Part shown: positions 9,206-20,119 of the stretch, one piece after another
How positions within the stretch are numbered: the stretch's first letter is position 1
Layout of the letters: each line of letters begins with the position of its first letter
Assembly: GCA_964291655.2 (NCBI GenBank)
Contig: OZ219802.1
Coordinates: 896,001 to 960,000 of the forward strand
Reading direction: 5' to 3'
Source of the DNA: Chloroflexota bacterium
Lineage (GTDB): Bacteria; Chloroflexota; UBA11872; VXOZ01
DNA length: 64,000 nucleotides
The notes under the pieces: model-generated
The model's database searches: none
Told to the model about the DNA's origin: nothing
Seen by the model: only the letters and a program-made list of their open reading frames with translations
Program-made: the position numbers and the translations under genes

Positions 9206-10837
9206 ATGGCAAAGCAGGTAGTACTGAATGAAGAAGCCCGGCGCGCGCTAATGGGCGGCATCGAGAAGGTGGCCGACGCGGTCGAGTCCACTCTCGGTCC
9301 CAAGGGGCGCAACGTAGCACTGGGCAAGAAGTACGGCGCGCCGGTAGTGACCCACGACGGTGTCACTGTCGCCAAGGAAATCGAACTCGAGGATGGGCTT
9401 GAGAACGTCGGCGCCCAACTCATCAAGGAAGCAGCCAGCAAGACTAACGACATTGCCGGTGACGGCACCACGACCGCGACCGTGCTGGCGCACACCCTCA
9501 TTACCGAGGGACACCGCAACGTGGTCGCCGGTGTTAATCCCATGATCATGAAGCGCGGTCTGGAGCACGCCACCCGCGTCGTGGTCGACGAGCTTCGGAA
9601 CATTGCCACACCCGTTACGGGCAGAGCCCAGGTTGCCGAAGTTGCCTCAATCTCCGCAGCCGATAGCGAAATTGGCGACCTTATTGGCGACGTGATGGAC
9701 AAGGTCGGCAAAGACGGCGTCATCACGGTGGAAGAAGGTCGCGGAATCGGCTTTTCCGTCGAATTCGTGGAAGGCATGGAGTTCGACCGGGGCTACATCT
9801 CCCCGTACTTTGTAACTAACTCCGACCGCATGGAAGCCTCTATCGAGGACCCGTACATCTTCATCACCGACAAGAAGCTCAGCGCTGGCAACGACGTGCT
9901 GCCGCTACTTGAGAAATTCGTGCAAGCCGGCCAGAAGAACCTGGTAGTCATTGCCGAAGATGTCGAGGGCGAAGCCCTGGCAATGTTCGTCGTCAACAAG
10001 ATGCGCGGTGTGTTGAACTGCGTCGCCCTGAAGGCTCCCGGCTACGGCGATCGCCGCAAAGAGATGCTGCAGGATATGGCAGTCCTCACCGGCGGTCAGG
10101 TGATCTCCGAAGAGCTGGGTCGACGCCTCGACCAAGTTGCGCTTGAGGACCTCGGTCGCGCCCGTCGCGTCGTTTCCGATAAGGACAACACGACGTTTGT
10201 CGAGGGCCACGGTGACTCTGAGGAAGTCAAGGGTCGCATCAACCAGATCAAGGCTCAGGTTGAAGAGACCACGAGCGACTACGACCGCGAGAAGTTGGAA
10301 GAGCGCGTAGCCAAGATGTCCGGCGGCGTGGCCGTAATCAACGTGGGCGCGGCCACCGAAGTCGAGTTGAAAGAGAAGAAGCACCGCGTCGAGGATGCAC
10401 TCTCGGCGACGCGCGCTGCAGTTGAGGAAGGTATCGTCCCCGGTGGCGGCATTGCTCTGCTCAATGCTCTGCCCGCGCTGGACGGCCTAAAGCTCGACGG
10501 TGATGAAGCCGTGGCGGTGACGATCATGCGCCGCGCACTCGAAGCGCCGATCCGGCGCATCGCGCAGAATGCCGGCCAGGACGGCTCCGTCATTGCCCAA
10601 GAGGTTCGCCGCTTGGCCAAGAGCCGCCGCAACAAGAACGTTGGTTTCAACGTCCTCTCCGCTGAGTATGTTGACATGATCGAGTCGGGCATAATCGACC
10701 CGTTGAAGGTCACCCGCTCGGCAGTCGAGAACGCGGCTTCGGTCGCAGCCATGGTACTGACCACGGATGCGCTGGTGGTTGACATTCCCGAACCGCCGGC
10801 ACCCGCACCCGCCGAAGGCGAAGGGATGCCTTACTAG
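9206..10837 (+). CDS. groL: Chaperonin GroEL
   Basis: [34 protein letters not shown] and GIVPGGG. No groES adjacent. Confidence 0.98.
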   Translation: MAKQVVLNEEARRALMGGIEKVADAVESTLGPKGRNVALGKKYGAPVVTHDGVTVAKEIELEDGLENVGAQLIKEAASKTNDIAGDGTTTATVLAHTLITEGHRNVVAGVNPMIMKRGLEHATRVVVDELRNIATPVTGRAQVAEVASISAADSEIGDLIGDVMDKVGKDGVITVEEGRGIGFSVEFVEGMEFDRGYISPYFVTNSDRMEASIEDPYIFITDKKLSAGNDVLPLLEKFVQAGQKNLVVIAEDVEGEALAMFVVNKMRGVLNCVALKAPGYGDRRKEMLQDMAVLTGGQVISEELGRRLDQVALEDLGRARRVVSDKDNTTFVEGHGDSEEVKGRINQIKAQVEETTSDYDREKLEERVAKMSGGVAVINVGAATEVELKEKKHRVEDALSATRAAVEEGIVPGGGIALLNALPALDGLKLDGDEAVAVTIMRRALEAPIRRIAQNAGQDGSVIAQEVRRLAKSRRNKNVGFNVLSAEYVDMIESGIIDPLKVTRSAVENAASVAAMVLTTDALVVDIPEPPAPAPAEGEGMPY

Positions 10838-10867
10838 GGCAACCTGTTCTCAGTTCTGAGAATTTCA

Positions 10868-10902
10868 AAGGGGCTCCCCCAATCGGGGAGCCCCTTCGTT
10901 TT
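10868..10902 (+). terminator. Intrinsic terminator after groEL
   Basis: 12-bp stem AAGGGGCTCCCC/GGGGAGCCCCTT followed by a T-rich tail. Confidence 0.85.
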
Positions 10903-11082
10903 GCCGCTGGGGAAGCGTGATGGCGTCTCTTGCCTCATTGAAAGCTTCGATTCACTCTCAGACCGTTTCCCCAACACGTACCAATATTCCGGTCGGCATC
11001 CTCTGTTGCAAAATTACTGCACACCGGAGTGAATGATGCATTCTCCTGGCCCAACTACTCCGTACTGATGCTCTGGATTAAC

Positions 11083-11263
11083 GGTAGCACAGGTTTGCAA
11101 CCTGTGGTCTTCCCGTCGCATTGGCACGATCGCCCAATTAACAAAAAGATAGCGCAGAGCCTGCCCCGTACATATAACGGGGTTGCAGACGTGCCCTCAG
11201 CCTGTCGAAGGGCCTCCGCTACCGGGGCTTGTGCCCATCGATGCAACTCTGTCGAACCATTAG
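11083..11263. mobile_element. Degenerate copy of the CTAG/TA-ended composite MITE
   Basis: Right end TGTCGAACCATTAG; internal REP B and CCCCGT..ACGGGG modules as in 15483-15740. Left end eroded. Confidence 0.65.
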
Positions 11264-13710
11264 CTTCGCAGCCTGACGTGGCTGGGGTCGAACAACGGTT
11301 CTTCCGTTACCGTAGCCTCGTACCGCCTGCCAAAGTATTCTATGGTTAGCTTGGTTCCCGCAGTGGCATATTCAATTGGCACGTAGCCATAGGCAATGCT
11401 CTTGCCAACGGTGTACCCAAAATTGGCGCTGGTTACGTATCCTATCACGCGCTCACCGTCGATGATGGGCTCCTTACCCATGACCACGTGGCTGGGATCG
11501 TCCAAAGTGAGACTGCAGAGTCGCCGCTCGATGCCCGCTTCCCGGCTGCGCATGAGGGCCTCGCGGCCAACAAAGTCACCTTTATTGAGCTTCACTGCCC
11601 AGCCCAAGCCGGCCTCGTATGGATTGTATTCCGTGTGAATGTCCGCGCCCCACAAGCGATATCCCTTCTCCAAGCGCAGCGAGTCGAATGCCCCACCGCC
11701 GGCCGCAATCATGCCAAAGGGCTGTCCCGCTTTCCAAAGGGCATCCCATGTGCCCAGGCCGTACTCGGTAGGGACATAGATCTCCCAACCCAGTTCGCCG
11801 ACATAAGAAACACGCAAGGCGCGGGCAGGCGCGCTACCGATAGAAAGCGCTTTGCTCGAAAAGTACGGAAATGCGCGGTTCGATACATTGTCTGCGCACA
11901 CCCGCTGCAAGACATTGCGTGCTCGCGGCCCCCACAAGCCAATACCGCAGTACTCTGACGTGACGTCGTCGATGGTCACCGAATCGTCCGATGGCGCATG
12001 GCTGCGCAGCCACGCCAGGTCCCGTATCCCGCTGGCGCCGCCGGTGAGCACGAGAAAGCGGTCTCTTGCGAGCCGTGTGAGCGTGAGATCGCACTGGATG
12101 CCGCCATTCCGGTTGAGCATCGCCGTGTAGACGACCTTGCCCACCGGGCGGTCGACCTGGTTCGCGCTGATAGCTTGAAGAAAGGCCAGCGCGTCGGGCC
12201 CGCTGACCTCCAGCTTCGTGAAGGCCGTCAGGTCATACATGGCTACGCGCTCGCGGGTAGCACGGTGCTCGCCTGCCTGAATGGGGCTCCAGTGCTGGGC
12301 CTCCCAGCCGGTCCGATTCGGCGCAGCATCATCTGCAATGAGGTCTTTATTTGCTGCAAACCATTGCGGGCGTTCCCAGCCGGCGCTCTCAAAGAAGACG
12401 GCTCCAAGCGCTTCCAATCGCGGTTGAAACGGACTGCACCGCACGTTGCGGGGGGTCTCTAGCTGCTGCTGGGGGTGGATGATATCGTAGACCTCGCGGT
12501 ACTGTTGCGCGCCGCGGGCCCTTACATATGCCGGCGTGTGCGCGTGAGCCGGGAACCGGCTGTAATCCGCCTCCCGCAGATCAAGGCTCGGTATGCCTTC
12601 CGCCATCCATTCCGCAACCACGCTGCCCACACCGCCGCCATGCGTGATCCACACTGCTTCAGCGATCCATAGTCCATCTACCTGCGGCGCTTCACCCAGG
12701 ATGGGCAGGCCGTCGGGCGTGAACGAGAACATGCCGTTGAAGGCATCAGTCAACTCCAAGTCACGCAGGGCAGGGATGAGCTCGCCAGCCGCCTGTCGCG
12801 CGACGGCAAAGTGCTCCGGCGTAAAGTCCATCATGGCTGGGGCGCGCTCTGCTTCCGCGGGGCTGAGAATGTCGTCCGCCTCCACCGACAAGGGTTCGTG
12901 CTTGTAATTCCCGATGCCGTAGCAGTCGCCTTCCTGGCGAAAGTACATGGCGTAGTCCTGATGCCGCACGATGGGATGGACGACCTCGCGAGTCTCTCCC
13001 TGCAGAGCGGGCAACGGAGTTGTGCGCGTGTATTGGTGCTGCACTGGCAACAATGGGATTGAGACACCCGCCATGCGCCCGACACGCGGCCCCCAGATAC
13101 CAGCGCAAATGAGCACCTGGTCGGCAGCAATGCGGCCTGCCGTGGTCTCCACCGCTTGCACGCGCCCGCCCTCGACCACGATGTCGGTGACCACGGTATT
13201 TCCATAGAATGCGGCGCCGTGCGCTTCTGAATAGCGCGACATCGCCTCCGCCGCGCGCACGGGCTTAGCAATACCGTCGCTGGGCACGTAGTAGGCGCCG
13301 TGGATTACGCTGGGGTTCAGCAGCGGCACGAGGTCGTGCGTCTCTTGAGGAGAAACCAGGCGGGCGTCTAGTCCGTATGACTTGGCAAATCCCAGTTTGC
13401 GGTGCAGGTCCTGCCAGCGCGCCTCAGTATACGCCACCTCCAAGCTGCCCACACCGTACCAGCAGGGCTCGCCGTCCAGCACAAGATCGCAGTAGAGTTC
13501 AACCGTTTCCTTGGCAAGCGTGGTCATGAGCTTGGAAGCGTTGGTTTGGAACACGAGGCCGGGGGCATGGGAGGACGAACCGCCGGTGTCGAACAGCGGC
13601 CCTTGATCCACCACTACGATATCTCGCCAGCCGCGCTTCGTGAGGTGATAGGCGACGCTGCACCCCACAATGCCGGCGCCAATGATGACAAGACGCGCAT
13701 GCGACTGCAC
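11260..13710 (-). CDS. GcvT-family FAD oxidoreductase (dimethylglycine dehydrogenase/oxidase-like)
   Basis: N-terminal GAGIVG, GSSSHAPG (covalent-FAD His), FSFTPDG; C-terminal GcvT domain (SYVGELGWE, SLRLEKGY). Confidence 0.92.
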   Translation of the reverse strand: MQSHARLVIIGAGIVGCSVAYHLTKRGWRDIVVVDQGPLFDTGGSSSHAPGLVFQTNASKLMTTLAKETVELYCDLVLDGEPCWYGVGSLEVAYTEARWQDLHRKLGFAKSYGLDARLVSPQETHDLVPLLNPSVIHGAYYVPSDGIAKPVRAAEAMSRYSEAHGAAFYGNTVVTDIVVEGGRVQAVETTAGRIAADQVLICAGIWGPRVGRMAGVSIPLLPVQHQYTRTTPLPALQGETREVVHPIVRHQDYAMYFRQEGDCYGIGNYKHEPLSVEADDILSPAEAERAPAMMDFTPEHFAVARQAAGELIPALRDLELTDAFNGMFSFTPDGLPILGEAPQVDGLWIAEAVWITHGGGVGSVVAEWMAEGIPSLDLREADYSRFPAHAHTPAYVRARGAQQYREVYDIIHPQQQLETPRNVRCSPFQPRLEALGAVFFESAGWERPQWFAANKDLIADDAAPNRTGWEAQHWSPIQAGEHRATRERVAMYDLTAFTKLEVSGPDALAFLQAISANQVDRPVGKVVYTAMLNRNGGIQCDLTLTRLARDRFLVLTGGASGIRDLAWLRSHAPSDDSVTIDDVTSEYCGIGLWGPRARNVLQRVCADNVSNRAFPYFSSKALSIGSAPARALRVSYVGELGWEIYVPTEYGLGTWDALWKAGQPFGMIAAGGGAFDSLRLEKGYRLWGADIHTEYNPYEAGLGWAVKLNKGDFVGREALMRSREAGIERRLCSLTLDDPSHVVMGKEPIIDGERVIGYVTSANFGYTVGKSIAYGYVPIEYATAGTKLTIEYFGRRYEATVTEEPLFDPSHVRLRS

Positions 13711-13902
13711 GGTGGGCTCTCCTCTGTAAATTCTAAGTTACCTGATCAACCGAAATCTCAAGCAATGAGGTCTTGCGGTCGCTGCCTGAATGTCAAGGCG
13801 TCTACAGGCGGCTGCCTTGGCTATCCCGTGTGACGACGCTCCCGTTAGCGGCGGCATGCAGCCGCGGGCTTCAGGAAAACCCCTCACCCTTGCCCTCTCC
13901 CC

Positions 13903-15167
13903 TGTACAGACCGGGGACATAGGTAACAGATGTTCGGGTAGATAGGTTACACATTTTGTGCTCTGAGGTCTATGGTTTTTACTCTTTGGATCGAGAAGTA
14001 CACGTCCCAGACACCGTCCGTTCGGGTGGGTCGCAGGGCGACTTGCTTGTGCGTGAAGGCCCTGCCCACACGGAGCCGTCTGCCTTGGAAGGAGATGCGG
14101 CCGGAGACATCGACGCTGCGTACGCGGTCGTCGGGAGCGTAGGCGAGGGCAGGCAAGGTCTCTGGGAAAGGGCGAGGACTAGGCGTGTATCTGGTAATGG
14201 GAGTGTCGAGATCGAGGGCATGGTGTGGGCGTTCCAAGTTGTAGAAGTGGCGCCAGGTGTCAAAGGCGCGCTGGCAATGGTCCAGGTCGGTAAAGGTGGT
14301 CCCTGCCAGCAGTTCGCTCTTGAGGGAGCGGTGGAAGCGTTCCAGCTTGCCGAGTGTCTGGGGATGGTAGGGTCGGCTGTGCAGGACGTTGATGCCCAGC
14401 TGCATGAGCCAGACGGTGAGGGGCGTGAAGGGCTGGGCACTGTCGTTACCCCAGGGAGAGCCGTTGTCCATGAGCATGGCCTGGGGCAAGCCGTAGCGGC
14501 GAAAGACAGCGGTGAGGCGGTCTTGGACCGTCTCTCCCCGCTCGTTGGCACAGGCCTGTAACCCGAGGTTGAAGCGGGAGTGATCGTCTAGGAGGGTGAG
14601 AGGATGACAGCGGTTCTGCTGCATGACGAAATGTCCCTTGAAGTCCATCTGCCACAGCTCGTTGGGCTGGGGTCGTTCGAAGCGCACATGGGGCGTGTGC
14701 TTGGCGCTCTGGGCTGGATCGATGAGCCCATGGCGTTTGAGAATGGCATTGATGGTGCTCTTGGCCGGCACGTCGGTATGCCCCTGGTCCTGCAGCATTC
14801 TGCGCAGCACATGGGCGCCCTTCGTAGGATGCGCCAGACGCAGCGCGATGATGCGTTCCTCCATCGCCGGGCGCGTGCGGTGCGGACACGTGTGCGTGCG
14901 GTGCGAACGGTCACGCAGGCTCTGCGCTCCCCCCGACGCGTACCGCCGCAACCACTTGTAGCCAGTCTTGCGGCTGATGTTGAACCGACCGCACAATTCG
15001 CTCATTCTCACCGCGCCACTATTGGCCAGAGCAATAAACTCTTCCCGGGCAGACATAAGCGTTTCCACCTTCCACGACATGGTCATCCTCCCGCTGCAAG
15101 ATTCTCCATGCCTATAGGTGTAACCTATCAACCCGAACAAGCGTTACCCATCAACCCGGTCTATACA
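13903..15167 (-). mobile_element. IS481-family insertion sequence (1265 bp)
   Basis: ~50-bp imperfect TIRs TGTACAGACCGGG...CCCGGTCTATACA, 6-bp TSD CTCCCC, single DDE transposase. Confidence 0.95.
13947..15080 (-). CDS. IS481-family DDE transposase
   Basis: HTH (ISRKTGYKW), WQMDFKG, DNGSPW and GKLERFH motifs. Confidence 0.95.
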   Translation of the reverse strand: MSWKVETLMSAREEFIALANSGAVRMSELCGRFNISRKTGYKWLRRYASGGAQSLRDRSHRTHTCPHRTRPAMEERIIALRLAHPTKGAHVLRRMLQDQGHTDVPAKSTINAILKRHGLIDPAQSAKHTPHVRFERPQPNELWQMDFKGHFVMQQNRCHPLTLLDDHSRFNLGLQACANERGETVQDRLTAVFRRYGLPQAMLMDNGSPWGNDSAQPFTPLTVWLMQLGINVLHSRPYHPQTLGKLERFHRSLKSELLAGTTFTDLDHCQRAFDTWRHFYNLERPHHALDLDTPITRYTPSPRPFPETLPALAYAPDDRVRSVDVSGRISFQGRRLRVGRAFTHKQVALRPTRTDGVWDVYFSIQRVKTIDLRAQNV

Positions 15168-15472
15168 CTCCCCCAGGGAGAGGGTACAGAGTGCGGTTCC
15201 CAGTGTGCAAGGTACGGCTCCGGTTCCCTCTCCTGGGGGAGAGGGTTAGGGTGAGGGCGAATCTTCACTGTTCCAGCCCGATTCCGCGTGCCCGTTAGAA
15301 TTTCGCAAAACCCTCCCTGCGGAGAGGTCGCTTTTGCACCTTCCGATCCGGGTAGTGCAAGGGTCTCTCCGCAGGAGCGGGAAGAACCAAACTCCTCAAT
15401 GGGGCCGCGCGCTATTGCCGGTGCAAGGGCGCTCCTCGTCAACAAGCCGTAGCGCGGGGGCTTGTCCCCCGC
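15168..15472. repeat. REP cluster: family C hairpins, two stacked MITE right-end remnants and a family A REP (15449-15472)
   Basis: GGGAGAGGG/CCCTCTCC hairpins; GCAAAACCCTC (~15322) and GCAAGGGTCTC (~15367) ends. Confidence 0.7.
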
Positions 15473-15482
15473 CTCTTGGTGC

Positions 15483-15740
15483 CTAGTAGTTCGACATTTT
15501 TGCATTGATGGGCAGGAACACCGGTAGCACAGGTTTGTAACCTGTGCCCAGCCCCGCGGTCTCGTGTGCTCGCTCCACGCTACGGCAAGATGGCGCAGAG
15601 CCTGCCCCGTGCGTGACACGGGGTTGCAAACGTGTACTGAGCACTTCGGCACAGGCCTGTGCTGAGCCTGTCGAAGCGCTCAGTACAGACTCTGTCGAAG
15701 GAACTACGCTACCTATCAATACAATCGTGTTGAACTACTA
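15483..15740. mobile_element. CTAG/TA-ended composite MITE (~255 bp)
   Basis: TIRs CTAGTAGTTCGACA...TGTTGAACTACTA; inverted relative to the copy at 26140-26393. Confidence 0.8.
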
Positions 15741-15769
15741 AGGTGTCATTTGCTCTCAGGGCCGGCTTC

Positions 15770-16744
15770 TCAGCTCTCCTGACGCCGTACCCAGTTAAAC
15801 TCCGTCTCGCTCATGGGCTTGTCGGGATCCGGCTGCCAAACCGCTTCCTCTTCAAATTTGCCGAGAACTTTGGCCATCTCGCGGACGTGCATGGCAACCG
15901 TTCCACAACAGGCGCCGATGAAATTCACACCCATGGCTTTCGACTTCAGCGCATAGTCCGCCATTTCATAGCGGGTCATCTGCGTCGGTTCGAGCTTGTC
16001 CGGGAATGCCGAAGTACCCGTAAACCATGGCACCTCGTCGCTGGTGCGGTGCGCCACCGGCTGGGCGGCAATGTAGGCATCGGTCGCACCACGCATCTCC
16101 TCAAGAATGGGATACGTGTGCACGGGGTCGCGCATGCAGTTCGCGCCGACAATCTCCGCCCCCGCATCCGCCAGCATGCGCGCGCAATCGGCAGCGGAAT
16201 AACCGTCGTCCGTTTCCGTTGTTGCGCGGAATGACATGGTAATCATGGCGGGCAAGTTTGACTTGGCCTTGATGCGCTCTAGGCAGAGCAACGCCTCGCC
16301 CAAATGCCAGAAGGTCTCACCAATGAAAAAGTCTACGCCTTCTTGCGCCTCAATCTGCTCGTCGAATATACCGGCAATCGCGGCATTGCCGGTGGGATTG
16401 TCTGCTTCCCACTTCCACGTCGCGCTGAGATCACCGGCCACAAGCGCTTTGTCACCGGCCACGTCTTTCGCAATCTGTGTAGTTTTCTGATTGATCTCGA
16501 AAGTCCGGTCGGCCTGGCCCACGGTCTCGAGCTTGCTGCGACTGCCGTAAAATGCCATAACCTGCAAGACTTCCGAACCGGCCCGCAAGAATTCGACGTG
16601 CATCTCACGAATTGCGCTCGGGTATTCCAACGCCAGTTCGGGAGTGAATGCTCCAGCGATGACATAGCCACGCTTCTCAAGTTCAACAATGTAGCCGCCG
16701 TCACCGAGTACGACGTCTTTCTCCAACATCTGCAAGATGCCCAT
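15770..16744 (-). CDS. Homocysteine S-methyltransferase, betaine-homocysteine methyltransferase (BHMT)-like
   Basis: GDGGY..ELEKRGYV.AG.FTPE...H.EFLRAG closely parallels BHMT; GANC and GACCG zinc ligands. Confidence 0.88.
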   Translation of the reverse strand: MGILQMLEKDVVLGDGGYIVELEKRGYVIAGAFTPELALEYPSAIREMHVEFLRAGSEVLQVMAFYGSRSKLETVGQADRTFEINQKTTQIAKDVAGDKALVAGDLSATWKWEADNPTGNAAIAGIFDEQIEAQEGVDFFIGETFWHLGEALLCLERIKAKSNLPAMITMSFRATTETDDGYSAADCARMLADAGAEIVGANCMRDPVHTYPILEEMRGATDAYIAAQPVAHRTSDEVPWFTGTSAFPDKLEPTQMTRYEMADYALKSKAMGVNFIGACCGTVAMHVREMAKVLGKFEEEAVWQPDPDKPMSETEFNWVRRQES

Positions 16745-16915
16745 TTTCGTTGGCTCTCCCTTCTAGGTCAATCTTCCCCACGCCAAGCAACGAGTTTCGC
16801 CGCCGTGCCGCGCCCACGAGGACGCGAGGCGGGGCGCAATCATAGCTCTCTTTGCATGCAACTCCTTCCAACCGCACCCTAGAGGAAAAGTCACCAACGG
16901 CGCTGGGCGCGGCAA

Positions 16916-18190
16916 CTACGCCACGCGCGCCGGATCCAGTAACGCGCTGGGTACCGCCGACATGACCTTGCGCAGTCCGGCGGCAACGTCACGCGCGTCC
17001 TGTTCCGTCCAGTCCATGCTGAGATGGTATTCACAAACACGCGGCATAAGTTCCTCCGCCCGCGGGCAGAGGCCGGGGCCGTAGTCCACACTGCCGGCAT
17101 AGAGACGCGGGTCCCACGGCGACACGCCCTGGTGCCACATGCGTTTTTCCACAATCGGCTCATGCATGTAGACCGGCACGCCGCCGTAGGGAAACTTGAT
17201 CGGCACACCTTCCGCCGCGAGCGCCTGTCTGGCCCACGCGCAGAGTTCTGCCGTATCGAAGACAAACCCTGGACTGACACCGGTATCACCCCTGGGATCC
17301 GCCAAAGGCCTCACGCGTACGCCTGGCAAGCCGCTCACACCCTCTTTGATGATGCCGCCGAGGTGGCGTACGTGCGCGCGCAGCCGCTCCAGCTTTTGCA
17401 CCTGCTCCAGCAACACCGCGGCCGTGAGCTCGCTCATGCGGTAGTTCTCGCCGAAGAACGGCGCCAAGTCCGCGCCTTCACTCTTGCGGGGCGTGCCCTG
17501 GTCCTGGCAGGCGACGGCGCGTTGGTGAAGGACGGGATCATTGGTGACGACCATGCCGCCCTCACCGGCAGAGATCACCTTGTTCATCTGGAAGCTGAAG
17601 ATGTTTATGTCACCCAGCCCGCCGACGAACCGGCCGTGATACTGCGCGCCAAACGACTGGGCGCAGTCCTCCAGAATAGCCACCCCATGTCGTTTACCCA
17701 CTTCGAGTAACGGCTGCAGATCGGCGGCCGCACCGCGCCAGTGCACCACCATCACGGCCCGCGTGCGCGGTGTGATGACGCGCTCGACACTTTCGGCGGA
17801 AATGCTCACAGTTTCGTCTAGGTCGGCGAAAATCGGCACTGCCTGGCACGCGACCACGGCGTTTACACAACCGTAGAAGGTGGCGGCAGGCACGATCACC
17901 TCGTCGCCGGGTCCCACGCCGAGCGCGCGGAGCGCCACAATCAGCGCCGCCGTGCCTGAGGTCACGCCCACGGCGTGCTCCATGCCGATGAGCGAAGCGA
18001 CCCTCTGCTCCAGCTCATTCACTTTGTACGCCGGGTCGGGACCGTAATAGCGAAACGGCGAGCGCCGCTCCAAGACCTCATTCACGGCCCGCTTCTCTTC
18101 CTCACCGATAATAGTTGCGCCCGGGTACGCTCCCGGCAGCGGCGTCGTGCGCACCGGCGCGCCGCCGTCAATTGCTAACTGTCCACTCAT
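16916..18190 (-). CDS. DegT/DnrJ/EryC1/StrS PLP-dependent aminotransferase
   Basis: SGTAAL, EDCAQ, FSFQMNKVISAGEGG and NYRMSE. Confidence 0.92.
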   Translation of the reverse strand: MSGQLAIDGGAPVRTTPLPGAYPGATIIGEEEKRAVNEVLERRSPFRYYGPDPAYKVNELEQRVASLIGMEHAVGVTSGTAALIVALRALGVGPGDEVIVPAATFYGCVNAVVACQAVPIFADLDETVSISAESVERVITPRTRAVMVVHWRGAAADLQPLLEVGKRHGVAILEDCAQSFGAQYHGRFVGGLGDINIFSFQMNKVISAGEGGMVVTNDPVLHQRAVACQDQGTPRKSEGADLAPFFGENYRMSELTAAVLLEQVQKLERLRAHVRHLGGIIKEGVSGLPGVRVRPLADPRGDTGVSPGFVFDTAELCAWARQALAAEGVPIKFPYGGVPVYMHEPIVEKRMWHQGVSPWDPRLYAGSVDYGPGLCPRAEELMPRVCEYHLSMDWTEQDARDVAAGLRKVMSAVPSALLDPARVA

Positions 18191-18294
18191 AGGCCACTCT
18201 CTTTTTTGAGACATTCTTATAGCTCAGGCAAGGAGCGAAAACCTCCCTCAAGGACACCTTTGCATAACCGTCGGAAAGCTCCCTCTCCCTCGAG

Positions 18295-18528
18295 GAGACC
18301 TTTGCGCAACTCAAGCGGTAGCGAAATAGTTCCCTCTCCCTCGACGGGAGAGGGCTAGGGTGAGGGTGGATCTCCTGAAATCTCTCCATATGCACACCAA
18401 ATCTGCCCTGATACGTCTTGACACTGACCAGCGTAAAGGGCCATCGTAGCAAGAAGACCCCCTCACCCCAACCCTCTCCCCCAGGAGAGGGAGTGCCCTG
18501 CTTGAAAGTGGGGTTATGCAAAGGTCTC
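18295..18528. mobile_element. GAGACC-TIR MITE (234 bp) inserted in a REP loop
   Basis: TIRs GAGACCTTTGC/GCAAAGGTCTC and TSD CTCGAG; nearly identical to 61372-61606. Confidence 0.9.
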
Positions 18529-18616
18529 CTCGAGGGAGAGGGCCGGGGTGTGGGTGTATCTCCGCAATCCGGCTCACTCCCACGGTCTTGGCACAGTCAA
18601 GCCAAGGTCTCCTTAT

Positions 18617-20119
18617 TCATGAGTTTGCCACCCAAATCGGGCTCGACCACGCGACCTGACCGTTCTCTTGCGTTACGCGCAGGTAGTAATAGTCTTCCGC
18701 GCGATCTGTGCTGGGAGAATCGGCAAAGTCGTACGACGCACGGGCCAATTCGTCCGGCACGAGACGGTGTATCAAGAAGGAATCGGAGGGAAAGCCCGTG
18801 GTCAAGTCGGTTATGGCATTCCGGGAAGCTTCTTCCAACGTGTACGTTTCCGTGCGCTGCATCGGCTTGGTAAAATCAAGCGTCACCGTGGCGTTTGGCG
18901 GGCCCTCGACATCCAAGACCACGGAATTCTGCGGGCAATCGTTGAGACACTCAGCCAGGGATGTGTACGTCTGGAATCTGCACGCCGAGGCAGTTGATTC
19001 CAAAATGCGACTGCGCTTCTCCTCGTGGAACGGTCCCGGTTGAAAGCACGGCATCGCCTGATTGATGCGGGCGCCGTCTACTGACACGGTCAGGTCCCAC
19101 TCGGCGATGCGCGGCTTGCCAAACGCCGACCACGGCCCCCAGCCCACCTCGACACGGCAGCGATGCCGCCGCGACCAGGGATACCCTTCTGCCGGCTCGC
19201 TATCAGCCGGGAAGTGCCGGTGGATGACACGGTTGTTCTTGATAACTTCAACCTTCTCGATTTCGTCCCAGCCGCGGACGTTCACGGCAATCGCGCGCTC
19301 GTGGGCGGGAGGGAGGATCGATCCCATGGGGTGACCGTTGATGCGGAAGTCCAACTCAATCTTATCGCCGGAAGCGGCGTAGCAGCGTCGGCTCCAAAGC
19401 GCTTCCCAAATCGCCTCCCGCGTAAACTCCGGCACCAAGACCGCCACCTGTCCCTCGTTGTAAGCGCCCGGATGGGCCTGATGGTCGTCGGAAGAACCCG
19501 TAAAGCCTACGTGGTGACCCAAAGCGAGCGCATGCTGGATGGTATTGATGGTGACGCGCGGACCGAGACCGTGCCGCGTATAGGCAAACCGGCCGCGGTC
19601 GCGCTCCGCACCGCCGTGCTCGGAAATAATCTCCACGATTGGTGACACCGATTCATCGAGCCAGTCCCAGTTTGCGCCCCGGAAGCCACGCATGTACCCC
19701 GGATGGTGCGGTACCAGCAACGCGCCGCTGCGGCGAGCGTGTTCCTGGATCTCCCGCACATGGTTGGCGAATTGCAACGGGCCGTCTTCTTTGTAAATTA
19801 CGCAATGGTCGCCAAATCCGGCGGAATGCCACTCGTAGCCTAAGAATGCTTCAAATTGGCCTGGGTCTGTGGCATCTTTGATCAATTGCTTGGTTCTGGG
19901 CCAGACTTCCCTGTGGCGGTCAAAGCCTTCTTGCCACTGTTCGTGCCGGTTGTTGGGCATCTCCGGCATGTCGTGCCACTGCGCGTGGCCGGTGAAGGCA
20001 AAGAAGTCCAAATGACTCTGCGCCATATCGATGGCACGTTCCAACGTGCCTTTCGTGTAGTGAAACAGGCCCACGGTGTTGTGGTTGTGAATGTCGCCCC
20101 AGAGAATCTTGTAGTCCAT
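18617..20119 (-). CDS. DUF3604 / CehA-McbA-like PHP metallohydrolase
   Basis: WGDIHNH, GYEW, PHH, SSDDH, RRCYA and YYYLRVTQ..AWSSPIWV. The ORF extension upstream of 20119 is REP-derived. Confidence 0.82.
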   Translation of the reverse strand: MDYKILWGDIHNHNTVGLFHYTKGTLERAIDMAQSHLDFFAFTGHAQWHDMPEMPNNRHEQWQEGFDRHREVWPRTKQLIKDATDPGQFEAFLGYEWHSAGFGDHCVIYKEDGPLQFANHVREIQEHARRSGALLVPHHPGYMRGFRGANWDWLDESVSPIVEIISEHGGAERDRGRFAYTRHGLGPRVTINTIQHALALGHHVGFTGSSDDHQAHPGAYNEGQVAVLVPEFTREAIWEALWSRRCYAASGDKIELDFRINGHPMGSILPPAHERAIAVNVRGWDEIEKVEVIKNNRVIHRHFPADSEPAEGYPWSRRHRCRVEVGWGPWSAFGKPRIAEWDLTVSVDGARINQAMPCFQPGPFHEEKRSRILESTASACRFQTYTSLAECLNDCPQNSVVLDVEGPPNATVTLDFTKPMQRTETYTLEEASRNAITDLTTGFPSDSFLIHRLVPDELARASYDFADSPSTDRAEDYYYLRVTQENGQVAWSSPIWVANS

